42,182 bases of DNA from a virus (taxonomy: Duplodnaviria; Caudoviricetes). A model generated the notes under the pieces. That model searched no databases. It was not told the origin of the DNA and saw nothing but the letters and a program-made list of their open reading frames with translations. The position numbers and the translations under genes are program-made. Of the stretch, positions 11,893 to 22,128 are shown in pieces. The stretch is from the IMG/VR virus record IMGVR_UViG_3300043618_000036, positions 1 to 42,182 of that record; one strand, 5' to 3'. Each line of letters starts with the position of its first letter. Position 1 is the first letter of the stretch.

Positions 11893-12981
11893 TCAGGCGG
11901 AGCCGTAGTGGAAGCTGTCCGCACGTTCGAGTTGGAGGGTTGCGGTCTCGCCGGCGTCGGTGTCCGGGCGGATGGTCCAGCCGGTGATGCGGCACCAGCC
12001 CGTCCAGTCGGTGAACTCGTTGCGGACGGTGACCCGTACGTCGTCGCCGATCTGCCACGAACCGATCGGGGCGGACGGGTGGTCTCGGACGGTGATCTCC
12101 TCGACGTGGCCGAGCGACTGCCGCCACCCGCGTTCTGCCTTGGCGCGCTGGGCGAGGACGTCCTTGCCGCGTACTTCGGGGAGTTCGAGGTGGTGTTCCA
12201 GGCGGAGCCGGTTGTTGCGCACCGCGTCGACGGCCCGCTGCTGCGCCCGCCCTTCGCCGCTGCCGGTGGCGATGACGACCTGCGCGTACTCGTCGGCGCT
12301 GTACGTGACCGGCGGCGCGTTGACGATGTTGACCCCGGAGGAGAACGCGATGTCCGTACGCCGGGCCCCCAGACGGGGGTAGCCGAGCCGGATCCGCCGC
12401 ACCGGCTGGTGGTCGGCGTCCCACCACGTGTCACAGGTGTAGTCGGGGGAATCCGGACCCTTCACCAGGTCGTCGAGGTGGTCGCCGAGCTTCGGGGTCT
12501 CCCACCACAGGGAGCGCCACGGCTCCTTCGGAGTCCCCACCTTCGCCGTGGACACGGTGGTGTCCACGGTGATCCCGAGGTCCCCGTCGGGGATGGACTG
12601 GGCGTACGTGACGACGTCGCGGAGGATCTTGCACGGGTCGGTGTTCACGTAGGGGCCGCGCCCGCCGAGCTCACCGTCGAGGTCGTGCCGGTGCGGGAAG
12701 TACGACGTCCAACCGGCGGCCTCCACCTTCAGTTCCCCGTCCTCGGGCTCGGCCTGCCAGACCAGGCCGCCCCACCGCAGGAGCCCGTCCCGCTCCGCGT
12801 ACAGCAAGGTCGTCCCCGGGGCGGTCAGCTCCGGGAACCGGCCCAGCAGACGTGGTTCCAGCGACCCCTTGAACGAGCCGGGCCCGTTCAGGTCGGGGCC
12901 GAACTCCACACCGGTCAGGGGGAGGTGGTGGGACAGCCACTCTCCCGACAGGGCGTGCTGGGTGAGGTACCGGTAACTCAC
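11893..12981 (-). CDS. Minor tail protein (Gp37-like baseplate hub)
   Basis: Synteny; LRWGGLVW and IGDDVRV motifs. Confidence 0.75.
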   Translation of the reverse strand: MSYRYLTQHALSGEWLSHHLPLTGVEFGPDLNGPGSFKGSLEPRLLGRFPELTAPGTTLLYAERDGLLRWGGLVWQAEPEDGELKVEAAGWTSYFPHRHDLDGELGGRGPYVNTDPCKILRDVVTYAQSIPDGDLGITVDTTVSTAKVGTPKEPWRSLWWETPKLGDHLDDLVKGPDSPDYTCDTWWDADHQPVRRIRLGYPRLGARRTDIAFSSGVNIVNAPPVTYSADEYAQVVIATGSGEGRAQQRAVDAVRNNRLRLEHHLELPEVRGKDVLAQRAKAERGWRQSLGHVEEITVRDHPSAPIGSWQIGDDVRVTVRNEFTDWTGWCRITGWTIRPDTDAGETATLQLERADSFHYGSA

Positions 12982-13910
12982 ACCGGGCCCTCGGTGAACT
13001 CAACATCCGCGATCAGGGTGCTCGCGACGTCCACACTCAGATCACCGGTGGAGTTCTTGGCGAGCATGGCCCGCAGGAACAGCGGCTGCCGGGTGCCCCG
13101 GTAGGCGGCCGGAAGCGTGAGCGTCTCGGCGACGATGAATGTCTGGCGGCGTACTCCCTTGCCCTGGTCGTCGTCCACCACGACGTTTTGGCCCTGCTGG
13201 GTGCCGAGGACGGCGGCGATCGAACCGAAGACGTTCCCGAGGTCCAGGCGCAGCCCCGCCAGGGTGACGGTGCAGATCATCTTGGTTGCCCAGTCGGGGA
13301 CCGGGACCATCCACCGTGCTTCAGCCGGCCAGTCGTACCACTTCTCGTCGCTCTTCCATGCCTTGGACAGCTTCGTCGGATACGAGGTGTAGAGGGTGCG
13401 TTCGCGACGCGGGTTGGCCACCGCACGTACGTCGCGGATCATGCCCGCGGTGACCGTGTTCGTGTTCGCGGGGAGGTCGATGCGTGCCAGGGCAACACCG
13501 GTCACCCCTGCCGGTGCGGCCGTGGAGGTGGAGGCCACGTTCGCCACGACGTGGAAGATGTTCAGCTGGTCCCGGGCCGGGTCGAGGTTGCCCTCGTATT
13601 CGGGGTCGATGACCCGCAGCACGATCAGGTCCGAGCGCGGCGTGGCGCCGGTCGGGGCGATCGGTACGGACGCGGTACCGATGTTGTAGGCGGTGTACGA
13701 GCCCTGCCACGCACTGGACTTGCCCCGGATCACAGCGGACCCGTCAGCGACCTGCGCCCCCGCACCGGGGGTCGGCAGCGGGGTCACCTTCAGATCGGCG
13801 GCCTCGGTGATGCCTTCCGAGCCTCGGGACAGGTCCTTGATCATCGCCCTGAAGCTCTGGGCCGAGTGGGTCGCACCGTTCACGAGCAGCGGTGCCTGGG
13901 CGAGTGTCAT
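12978..13910 (-). CDS. Minor tail protein (310 aa)
   Basis: PRSDLIVLRV and LARIDLPA...MIRDVR actinophage tail motifs; overlapping start/stop codons. Confidence 0.75.
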   Translation of the reverse strand: MTLAQAPLLVNGATHSAQSFRAMIKDLSRGSEGITEAADLKVTPLPTPGAGAQVADGSAVIRGKSSAWQGSYTAYNIGTASVPIAPTGATPRSDLIVLRVIDPEYEGNLDPARDQLNIFHVVANVASTSTAAPAGVTGVALARIDLPANTNTVTAGMIRDVRAVANPRRERTLYTSYPTKLSKAWKSDEKWYDWPAEARWMVPVPDWATKMICTVTLAGLRLDLGNVFGSIAAVLGTQQGQNVVVDDDQGKGVRRQTFIVAETLTLPAAYRGTRQPLFLRAMLAKNSTGDLSVDVASTLIADVEFTEGPV

Positions 13911-14827
13911 CGGTCTGCAAGTTCCTTGTCGTAGAGGGCCACGTGGGCGTCACGCCAGCGCACGGTCAGTCGGGCGGAAGAGGTGGGGTCGGTGGCAGCC
14001 CACCGGATCTCGGAGCGGCCCGGCGGCAGCACGAACTCGTCCATTCGAGAAGCGGCCGACAGCGCGGCGGGGCCCCCGTTTTCGCGGAGCACGGTCATCC
14101 GGTCCGGCCGGGTGTCGAGTTCCACCCACTCCCCAGCCGCGAGGGCCAGGGTCGGCAGGCTCAGCACCTGTCCCGAACTCACGTGCCGGATGGACGGGCT
14201 CGTGCATGGGCCGTGCACGGTGAGGACCGGGTGGGCGTCGGTGTCCCCGCCGTTGAATACCCAGCCCGGCCGGTCGTCCGCGTCCACACCGTCCGAGACC
14301 CGGATCGGCGCCTGCACGGGGGCGGTGAACCCGCCCCCGGACAGCCACGCCAACCGCAAGTGCGCCTGCTGCTCGGCGTCGGCGTAGAAACGGGGGTCGG
14401 TCACCAGGAACTCGACGTCCAGCGGTATCCACCCGTGAGCGGCCTCCGCCCACACCGGGTCGAGCTTCCGCATCCGCCCGTACAGCACCCGCACCGGGGC
14501 ACCGGGCCACTTGATCCGCAGCGCCATCAGCGCCCCGCCGACCGTCCGTATCCGGGTGGTGTCCGCAGCCCGCTGCAGTGCGCCGAGGAGGCGCCCGCCC
14601 GCCGCCGGGTCCCCGGGGGTCTTGATGCCGCAGTCGATGCGCAGGGTGCGAGTGCCGTACCAGTCGGGCGCCGACCAGACCCCGTCCGCGCCCGGTCGCG
14701 GCACAGTGTCGCCGCGCATGTCCGCCAGCCCCAGGCCCTCGATCTCCGCCACGGGAATCCGGGTGTTGTGCCCGAGGAGGATGCCGCCGAACTCCAGCTG
14801 CCAGTCCTGTAGTTGCGGAGTGCTCAT
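13907..14827 (-). CDS. Distal tail protein (Dit, 306 aa)
   Basis: Follows tape measure with ATGA overlap; RPGADG, TDPRFY and NGGDTDAHP motifs. Confidence 0.8.
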   Translation of the reverse strand: MSTPQLQDWQLEFGGILLGHNTRIPVAEIEGLGLADMRGDTVPRPGADGVWSAPDWYGTRTLRIDCGIKTPGDPAAGGRLLGALQRAADTTRIRTVGGALMALRIKWPGAPVRVLYGRMRKLDPVWAEAAHGWIPLDVEFLVTDPRFYADAEQQAHLRLAWLSGGGFTAPVQAPIRVSDGVDADDRPGWVFNGGDTDAHPVLTVHGPCTSPSIRHVSSGQVLSLPTLALAAGEWVELDTRPDRMTVLRENGGPAALSAASRMDEFVLPPGRSEIRWAATDPTSSARLTVRWRDAHVALYDKELADR

Positions 14828-17800
14828 CGCAGGACACCCCCGCGCTTGGCCCGCCGCATCTGGTACGACACCGCGGATGCAATGTCGTTGGGGGTCGCGT
14901 TGCTCTGGGTGACGTGGATGGTCTGGGTGCCGATCGCGGGGGCCTGGTTCACGATGACGACGCGGGTCCGCCCATCGGAGGCGCCCACCAGGGTCTTCGG
15001 GGTCAGCCCGTACCCGAACTTGTCCGCTACCTGGGAGAGCACAGCGGTCGACCGGCCGCGCTTGGCCTGCCCCATAGGGAGGTATGCCTCGCCGCCTGTG
15101 GAGCGTTCGGCGAACTTGACCAGCCCGTTCGGCTGCGAGGCGTACACGCCGGGCTCCCACAGGCCGCCGTCCGCGTACGCCTTGCCCCCGTTCGCCTTCA
15201 CCAGGTCCGCCAGGAACCGGTCCGCCTTGGGGCCCGCCTTCTTCAGGTGCCCCTGCGACCGGTTCGCGACCTCGATCAGACGGTCCTCATCCAGCCCGGT
15301 CAGGTCGGCAACCTGGTGGATGCCGCGGCCTGCCGCCAACGAGCCGATGATCTTCAACAGGTCGGTGAGCTGATCGCCCTCCAGCACCCTGGACGCGGCC
15401 TTCGACGCGTCGTCGGCCTGCTGCGCCTTCTTGGGGTCCTTCACCGCCTGCGAAGCCAACGCTTCGGCGTCGCTGTCGCCCTGCTCGGCGAGCCGTGACG
15501 CCAGCGACCCGTACCCCTTCGCCGACAGGGTGGCCAGGTTGTTCTGGAAAGCGGTGGAGTCCTTCACGGCCTTCTGCAACTGGCCCGTGTAGTCACCCAA
15601 CGACGCCTTGGCCGTGCCGGCGAGCTTGGTGAGCTGCGCCGCCATGTCCTTCACGTACTTGTTGGAACCGTTGGCCATCTTCCGGGTGAGGGCGATGCCG
15701 TCCTCACCCATGTCCTCCAGCGCCTTCGACACGTCCGTACCGGCGCGACGGGCGACCGTCGCAAGGTCCTTGCGCCAACTCACCGCCACCGAAGCGGACG
15801 TGCGGAGGTTGCGTTCGAACATGCCCAGGTCGAAGTGCTCGTTGCCCTTCTTGTCCTTGCGCTGCGACTTCGACACGACGTCGGACACGGAGATCCCGGC
15901 CCCGCCGACGGGCTGGTACGACCAGTTGGAGAGGCCGCCGTTGGCGTTGTAGGTGACCTGTCCGCCGAACCGGGCGGCGACCTGGTCGAGGATCGTCTTG
16001 GAGCGGGCACGCTTCGACGATGCGAAGGGGATGTACGCCTCTCCGTGAGTCTCGTCCTCCGCCCACACCCGCCAGTCCCCACCGCGCGCGATCTGGGCGA
16101 CGTGGTTCTCGGTGCGGACACCGCCGTCGGCGTACGTGACGATCCCGCCGTCCGCCTTCGGGAAGACGTAGTCGTCCTTCCACGGGCCCGGAGAGCGGCC
16201 CTGGGTCAGGTACTCGTTCTTGAAGATCGAGATGCTGACGGACTTGCTGCGGATGTTGTCGATGGCGTTCTGGATCGAGTTGGCGTTGCTGACCGGTGTG
16301 CTGGTCGGCACGGTCACGGTGACGTTCTTGCTGCCCGGAATGTCGTTGATCTTGAAGCCGAGTTGGGTGAGCTGTTCCCGTGCTGCGTCGGTCGGCGCGC
16401 TGACCGTGACGGTCTTGCCGCCGGGCACGTTGGCGATCTTCTGCCGTACCGCTTCCAGGCTCGCGATGGTCGCCGCTGTCGAGGCGGTGACGGTGACGTG
16501 CTTCGCCCCGGGGGTCTGGCTGATCTTCGCGATCAGCGCATCCAGCTCGGTGCGGGCAAGGTCGGTGGGGGCGGTGATCTGTACGCGCCGGTCCTTGAGG
16601 TCCTGCACCTTGAAGCCGAGCTTGTCCAGGTCCTCGCGGGCCTCGTTGCTGAGGGTGGCGATGGTGACGGTCTTCTGGTCCGGTGTCGCCTTCAACGTCT
16701 GTTGTACTGCCATGAGTTCGGCTACGGACTCGTCCATGCCGGCGGTCTGGAGAAGGATGGACACCTGCTCGGGGATGAGCCCGGCCGCGTCCGCGAGCCG
16801 ACCGGCTGCCTCCGCGCCGACCCCGTAGCCCTGAGCCGTGGAGATGGCGGCATCGCGGGCCGTCTGCATCTGCTTCTGGGCGGCGCCCAGCGCCTCCGGG
16901 AGGGTTTTCCCGTTCGCCTCGGCGTACTGGTAGGCGGCCAAGGCGGCGTCCGCCGAGTTCGTCGACAGCCCCTGAAGGAGGTCGTACAGCTTCTGCCCGT
17001 TGCGGGTGACCGTGGACAGTGAACCGTCCATGTTCAGCAGGGACTTGCCGTATCCGTCGGCGTGCTGCACCCCGCCCTTCAACGACTCCGCAGCATCGGA
17101 CACCGAACGGTTCAACCTGGCTTCGGCAGCGGACAGGTTCACCGACCCACCGGCCAGAACCGTCAGCGCGTCGTGGAGTGCACGGGCCCGGGTGTCGGCG
17201 TCGGCAGTGCTGTCGGACAGGGTGCGCATCGCGTCGGAGAACTTCCCGAACGGGCCCACCGCGTCCGCCGCCGACCGGCCGCCGGAACCCGTGGCCTCCG
17301 CAAGGTCCTTGGCGTCCTTCACGGCCTGCGACATCTCGCCCGAGACCTCACCGAGCGCCTTCTTGGCGCGCAGCGCAGCGATACCCGGGTCCTTGTAGCC
17401 CTTGGCGGCGCCCGCTGCGCTGGTGATCCACTTTTCGTTCGCGGTGGCCGTCGCGTCCAGGCGCTGTTCCAGCGTCTTCAGTCCGCCGTCCTGCCCGAGG
17501 TAGGCGGTGGTGAGGTCCCGGACGGTGATGCCCGCCTTCGACATGACGTCGACGAGGCGTTCCTTGCCGTCTAGGACCTTGGTGTCCATGATCGACTGGG
17601 CGGCCACGGCGCGGACGCTCTCGTTGACGGCACCGTTGGAGTCCCTGAGCGCCTGGGACAGTGAGTTGATGCGGGACTGGTGTTCCGCTGCCGCCTGGGC
17701 TGCCTTCTGCTGGTGGGAGGCCAGCAGCGACAGCCCCACTCCGGCGGCGGCGATCGCGACACCCCACGGGCCGCCGAGCGCACCCATCAGCCCACGGGCA

Positions 17801-19878
17801 GCACCCCCGAGCCCGGTTCCCATCGCGCGGGCGAGCCCGGTGACGGGCCCGTTCGCAGCACGGAACGCCGCCGTCATCTGCCCCACGATGGGGATGCGGG
17901 TCTGGAGGACGGCCAACGCCTGCCCGACCCTGCCGACGGACTGCCCCGACGCGGCAGCCAGCTGGGCCTGCACCCGCATCTGCTCGCCAAAAGAGCGGTA
18001 CGCCCCAGTGAGCGGCCCGGCGACGGCGCGCGCCTGCTGGGTGAGGACGGGGGTGACTCGGCGGGCGAGGAGCATCGCCATGATCGCCGTCTGGACCGGC
18101 CCCGGCAAGGCGCTGAACCCGCGCACCAGCCAGGCGACGGTCTGCCCGACCGGCACCAGGACCCCGGACACGGTGGCCGCTGCTGAGGACACCAGATTCA
18201 GGGCGGTGACCACCATGTCGAGGGCGGTCGACCCGGCCTCGCCCTCGTCGCCCAGCGCCCCGAGCTCCTGGACCACAGGGGAGACGGCGGACCCGATGTT
18301 CCGCAGGATCTCCAGGGCGGCCCTACCTGCGTTGGCCAGGACGTTCACCCCGGCCGCGACGACATCGAACGCGATGTTCTTCGCGGAGCCGCCCAGCCCG
18401 TCGAAGGAGTCGGCGATGTCGTCGAACCCGGACGCCACCGCCTTCGACACCCCGGGGCTCGCCAGCGTCCACAGGTCCTGGACGTAGTCGAGCGCCTTCG
18501 CCAGAGGCGGCGTCGCCGCGCTCATGCCGGCGGTGAGAAGCCGGGTGACCTTCTCCATGGCGGGCGCGGCAGCCGTAAAGAGGACCTGGCCCGTGTTCTT
18601 CGCCGTCGTCTTCAGCTGGGTGACCGCACCCGCGAGACCCTTGGTCTGCGAGGCGGCGATCTCACCGGCCGCACCGGTGCGGGCGATCGCGGTGTGCATC
18701 TGGTCGTACGACTCGGCGCCCTGATGCGCCAGGGCTGCCGCACCGGCGAGTGCCGGTTTCCCGACGACCATCGCGAGGTTGCCGAGAAAATCCTTCTGGG
18801 ACATCCGGTGCTGGGCCTTCTCGAACCCGTCGATCACCGTGCGCAGGCCCTTGAAGTTGCCCTGCGCGTCCCACGCTTCGATGCCGAGCTCCGACAGCCC
18901 CCGCTTCATCAGCTTGGTGGGCTTCGCGAGGTTGGTGAGCATCCCGCGCAGTGACGTTCCTGCTTTGGAGCCGAGGATGCCGGAGCGGGCGAGCATCGCC
19001 ACCGCCGCGGCGGTGTCCTCCAGGGAGATGCCGAGCTGGGCGGCGACCGGCCCGGTGTACGACATCGCGTAGTAGATGTCCTGGAGCCCACCGGACGCGG
19101 CGTTCGCGCCCGCGGCGAGAACGTCGGCAGCGCGTCCGGCGTTGTTGGACGACAGACCGAACTGGTCCATCACGTCGCCCAGGTAGCGGGAGGCGTCGGC
19201 GGCCGAGAGGTTGTCGGCTGCCGCCAACTGCATGGCCGCCCGCGCGTTCGCGATCGACGACGTGGACGTCTGGCCCGCCTTGGCCAGCTCCAGCATCGCG
19301 TCCGCGGCCTTCGATGCCGACGTGCCGGGGATGTTCAGATCGGCGCCGAGCTGGCGGGCCTTCGCCGCCGCCTGCACCATCTCCTGGCCCGAAGCGCCAG
19401 TGACCGCGCCCCACTTGTTGATGGCGCGCTGGTACTCGTTGCCCTCCTTGGCGATCTCCGCCAAGCCGGCAACGATGCCGCCTCCGACGACCAGGCCCCG
19501 CAGGTGGTGCATCTCCTGCCGGGCAGAAAGCAGCCCGTGCCGGAGCTGCCGCATCGAGGCGTGGCCGTCCGCGCCGATCTGGCGCAGTCCCGCACGTGCA
19601 CTGTTGGAGTCCCGGCCCAAGCCGCGCAGCCCGGCACCAGCCGTACGTGCGCCGGTGCTGATCTGGCGCAGCCCTGCACGTGCACTGTTTGCGTCCCGGT
19701 TCAAGCCGCGCAGCCCGGCACCAGCAGTACGTGCGCCGGTGCCGATCTGGCCGAGCCTGCGGTTGAGGGCGGTGAGGTCCCGGCCGAGGTCGCGGAGAGC
19801 CCGGGAGGCCTGTCGTACGGACGACAGGAGGTGCGACGCGTCGGCGCGCATCTGCACGCTGAGCGTGTAGTTCGACAC
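14824..19878 (-). CDS. Tape measure protein (1684 aa)
   Basis: Very long Ala/Gly-rich helical ORF; TP901-like core (GILGSKAGTSLR); two ADGG...GEAY.P motifs. Confidence 0.95.
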   Translation of the reverse strand: MSNYTLSVQMRADASHLLSSVRQASRALRDLGRDLTALNRRLGQIGTGARTAGAGLRGLNRDANSARAGLRQISTGARTAGAGLRGLGRDSNSARAGLRQIGADGHASMRQLRHGLLSARQEMHHLRGLVVGGGIVAGLAEIAKEGNEYQRAINKWGAVTGASGQEMVQAAAKARQLGADLNIPGTSASKAADAMLELAKAGQTSTSSIANARAAMQLAAADNLSAADASRYLGDVMDQFGLSSNNAGRAADVLAAGANAASGGLQDIYYAMSYTGPVAAQLGISLEDTAAAVAMLARSGILGSKAGTSLRGMLTNLAKPTKLMKRGLSELGIEAWDAQGNFKGLRTVIDGFEKAQHRMSQKDFLGNLAMVVGKPALAGAAALAHQGAESYDQMHTAIARTGAAGEIAASQTKGLAGAVTQLKTTAKNTGQVLFTAAAPAMEKVTRLLTAGMSAATPPLAKALDYVQDLWTLASPGVSKAVASGFDDIADSFDGLGGSAKNIAFDVVAAGVNVLANAGRAALEILRNIGSAVSPVVQELGALGDEGEAGSTALDMVVTALNLVSSAAATVSGVLVPVGQTVAWLVRGFSALPGPVQTAIMAMLLARRVTPVLTQQARAVAGPLTGAYRSFGEQMRVQAQLAAASGQSVGRVGQALAVLQTRIPIVGQMTAAFRAANGPVTGLARAMGTGLGGAARGLMGALGGPWGVAIAAAGVGLSLLASHQQKAAQAAAEHQSRINSLSQALRDSNGAVNESVRAVAAQSIMDTKVLDGKERLVDVMSKAGITVRDLTTAYLGQDGGLKTLEQRLDATATANEKWITSAAGAAKGYKDPGIAALRAKKALGEVSGEMSQAVKDAKDLAEATGSGGRSAADAVGPFGKFSDAMRTLSDSTADADTRARALHDALTVLAGGSVNLSAAEARLNRSVSDAAESLKGGVQHADGYGKSLLNMDGSLSTVTRNGQKLYDLLQGLSTNSADAALAAYQYAEANGKTLPEALGAAQKQMQTARDAAISTAQGYGVGAEAAGRLADAAGLIPEQVSILLQTAGMDESVAELMAVQQTLKATPDQKTVTIATLSNEAREDLDKLGFKVQDLKDRRVQITAPTDLARTELDALIAKISQTPGAKHVTVTASTAATIASLEAVRQKIANVPGGKTVTVSAPTDAAREQLTQLGFKINDIPGSKNVTVTVPTSTPVSNANSIQNAIDNIRSKSVSISIFKNEYLTQGRSPGPWKDDYVFPKADGGIVTYADGGVRTENHVAQIARGGDWRVWAEDETHGEAYIPFASSKRARSKTILDQVAARFGGQVTYNANGGLSNWSYQPVGGAGISVSDVVSKSQRKDKKGNEHFDLGMFERNLRTSASVAVSWRKDLATVARRAGTDVSKALEDMGEDGIALTRKMANGSNKYVKDMAAQLTKLAGTAKASLGDYTGQLQKAVKDSTAFQNNLATLSAKGYGSLASRLAEQGDSDAEALASQAVKDPKKAQQADDASKAASRVLEGDQLTDLLKIIGSLAAGRGIHQVADLTGLDEDRLIEVANRSQGHLKKAGPKADRFLADLVKANGGKAYADGGLWEPGVYASQPNGLVKFAERSTGGEAYLPMGQAKRGRSTAVLSQVADKFGYGLTPKTLVGASDGRTRVVIVNQAPAIGTQTIHVTQSNATPNDIASAVSYQMRRAKRGGVLR
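19574..19751. repeat. 84-bp (28-aa) tandem duplication near the tape measure N-terminus
   Basis: gatctggc recurs at 19576, 19660 and 19744; QIxTGARTAGAGLRGLxRDxNSARAGLR twice. Confidence 0.85.
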
Positions 19879-19932
19879 CGGGCGGTGCCCTTACTCCCCG
19901 CGCCCCTGCCTGTGGCCGACCCCTCGGCAATG

Positions 19933-20298
19933 TCAGGTGGAACGTTTCTGCTGTTCCCACTGCGTGCGCGGCACCAGACCGATCCGCACGCCGTACCCGT
20001 CGGCCCCGTCGGGGACCTGGTCCTGCTCGGCGGTGATCAGCTCGCAGCCCACACACCGCACGGTGGTGGTGACGTACGCGTACCGGTCCCCACCGTGCTC
20101 CTCATCCCACTCCGCCGACCTCGTACCGCACTGGTCGCACACGCTGCGCCGGTACGCCTCGAACGCCAGCGCCTTCGCCCGGTCCGTCTCCGACCACCGG
20201 CCGTCGCCGGCTCCGAGGAAGAGGCTGTGCGGGATGTGGAAGCGGTCGCACAGCTCCAGCTCAGAGCGGAGCTGTGCGTCCGCAATCAGTCTTTTCCC
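19933..20298 (-). CDS. Tail assembly chaperone -1 frameshift extension (gpGT-like) with two CxxC motifs
   Basis: -1 frame GKRLIADAQ... opens at the slippery site. Confidence 0.8.
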   Translation of the reverse strand, partial: GKRLIADAQLRSELELCDRFHIPHSLFLGAGDGRWSETDRAKALAFEAYRRSVCDQCGTRSAEWDEEHGGDRYAYVTTTVRCVGCELITAEQDQVPDGADGYGVRIGLVPRTQWEQQKRST

Positions 20299-20876
20299 AG
20301 CTCCGCGGTGCTCGCTCGGGTGATCTGCTGGGCCTGCCAGGCGGCAGCGAACAGAGCGTTGGACTCCGACACCGACCACGAGTCCAGAAGGTCCTGGGCG
20401 TCAGCCTCGGACAAGCCCTCGACCGTCTGCCCGGACTCATCGCGCTCGATGTGCGCGGCGGCAGTCAGCGCGGCAGGAAACGTCTCCGGGTTCCACGTGT
20501 CGCCCTCCTCCGCCTGCTCCTCCGTCGGCGGGAACCGCTTGATCAGCCCGTCCAGGACGGGGCGCGGCAGGGCCTTGAACGTCAGCGTCAGCGATACCGC
20601 ATCGAACGCCTCCTGCGCGGCACGCAGCTCCACCTCCGCCGCCTCAGTCTCCTCGGCCAGCTCAGCGGCGTCCGCCTCGGCAGCTGCGATACGCAGGCGG
20701 GCGACGTTCAGCTTCGCCTGGTCTAGACGCTTCTTCGCAGCGAGGTCGTCGCACAGCTGGAGAACGTGCTCCGGGAGCTGCCGGGCGCGCAGCCGGGCCA
20801 GCTTCGCCGCCCAGTGGGAATCACGCGCGACGGCGGAGGCAGGCGGGGACGGGACAGGACGGGTGGTGCTGGGCAT
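20286..20876 (-). CDS. Tail assembly chaperone (gpG-like, 196 aa)
   Basis: Between major tail and tape measure genes; ends ELGKD*. Confidence 0.82.
   Translation of the reverse strand: MPSTTRPVPSPPASAVARDSHWAAKLARLRARQLPEHVLQLCDDLAAKKRLDQAKLNVARLRIAAAEADAAELAEETEAAEVELRAAQEAFDAVSLTLTFKALPRPVLDGLIKRFPPTEEQAEEGDTWNPETFPAALTAAAHIERDESGQTVEGLSEADAQDLLDSWSVSESNALFAAAWQAQQITRASTAELGKD
20292..20298 (-). other. -1 ribosomal slippery site G GGA AAA
   Basis: Heptamer one codon before the chaperone stop codon. Confidence 0.85.
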
Positions 20877-20992
20877 TCAGGGCTCCACACAGGCGAGATG
20901 AGAGGAAGTGGGGTCCGGCCGGGTGTGCGCTGCACGACATGTGGCGAGGGGGCGCTGTTCGCGTTCGCCCGGCCGGGCGGTTCGGGGCCGGG

Positions 20993-21493
20993 TTACTGCG
21001 ACGGCGACTTCGGCAGTGCGGGGATCTCCGCGTCCTGCGTCGGCTTCTCCGTGATCGAGAAGTTCACGGTGAACTTGGCCGCTTCGTTGTCGGTCGAGTA
21101 GTTCGGCGACCGGGAGCCGATCCGTACCGGGAAGATGTCCATCGACTTCGATGCCGCGACATCGCCCTTGCGGAGGAAGACGATCCAGCCGGTGTCGTCC
21201 TTCTTCAGCAGCTGCTCGATCTCGTCCGACACCTTGTCCTCGTAGAACCCGAGGGACGAGTCGTCCGCCTGGTCGGTGCCGGGGATCTTCGACTCGAAGG
21301 TGCTGCCCAGGTCCGGGGTCTCGATCGCCTGGTTCGACAGGGACCAGCCGTCGATCGCCGCGATCGCGTTCGTCAGATCCGTGCCGGCGGTCAGCTCCGG
21401 GCGGGTCGGCACGTGGCCTTCGTGGACTACCGTCTTGAGCCACAGGACGCGGGTGACACCGCGCCGAGAGTACTTCTTGACCTGCAAGGTCAT
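20993..21493 (-). CDS. Major tail (tube) protein (166 aa)
   Basis: PTRPELTAGTDLT...IETPDLGSTFESKIPG, typical of Streptomyces phage tail tubes; synteny. Confidence 0.85.
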   Translation of the reverse strand: MTLQVKKYSRRGVTRVLWLKTVVHEGHVPTRPELTAGTDLTNAIAAIDGWSLSNQAIETPDLGSTFESKIPGTDQADDSSLGFYEDKVSDEIEQLLKKDDTGWIVFLRKGDVAASKSMDIFPVRIGSRSPNYSTDNEAAKFTVNFSITEKPTQDAEIPALPKSPSQ

Positions 21494-21714
21494 CCGTCCG
21501 ATTCCGGGACGGCGGCTACACGGTCGAAGGTGGCCCCGTCCCTCGACGTCGTGTCGGGGAACCGGCCCACCTCAAGGGAGGAGGGCGTCCGCGCGGGGCC
21601 TCCGCGGTGAGGGTGCGAAACAGGCTGAGGAAGGACTTCGAACCTGAATCACTGCACGATGATCACCCTACTGTCGGCAACGGCGCACGACGTTCTGAGG
21701 AACGCAGCGGAGAG

Positions 21715-22068
21715 CTATCCGGCCTGCATGTCAGCTTCTACTGCGTTCCGGAGCGCCAGCATCGCGGGGCCTTTGCCGCTCTTGTGAGTCCAGTACTCGT
21801 GGGCATGCAGAGCGAGCCCCAGTTCGGTGATCTGAGCCCGAAGCTCCTTGACCCGTGCGCTCTGCTCCTCCGAGTAGCCAGGACTGGCCGGGAACTCCTT
21901 CTGGGCCAACGTCCCATCCGACTGAAGTACAGGGTGAGGGCTCGTCCACGCTTCAGCGGGCTCTGCGGACCAGGGCAGGAGGCGGTTCAGCTCCTCAAGG
22001 TCCTTCCACGCCTGAACCAGCCGCCGCTGTAGATCGACCAGGTCTTCGGGGTATCCAGTGACTGCCAC
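21715..22068 (-). CDS. Hypothetical accessory protein (117 aa), probably leaderless
   Basis: YPEDLVDLQRRL...LPWSAEP...SPGY...HEYW; TATTCT 6 nt before GTG. Confidence 0.65.
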   Translation of the reverse strand: MAVTGYPEDLVDLQRRLVQAWKDLEELNRLLPWSAEPAEAWTSPHPVLQSDGTLAQKEFPASPGYSEEQSARVKELRAQITELGLALHAHEYWTHKSGKGPAMLALRNAVEADMQAG

Positions 22069-22128
22069 AGCCGAAGAATACGACCGTGCTCGGACAAGAC
22101 CCAAGGGAGGCACAACCTAGGCCGACGA

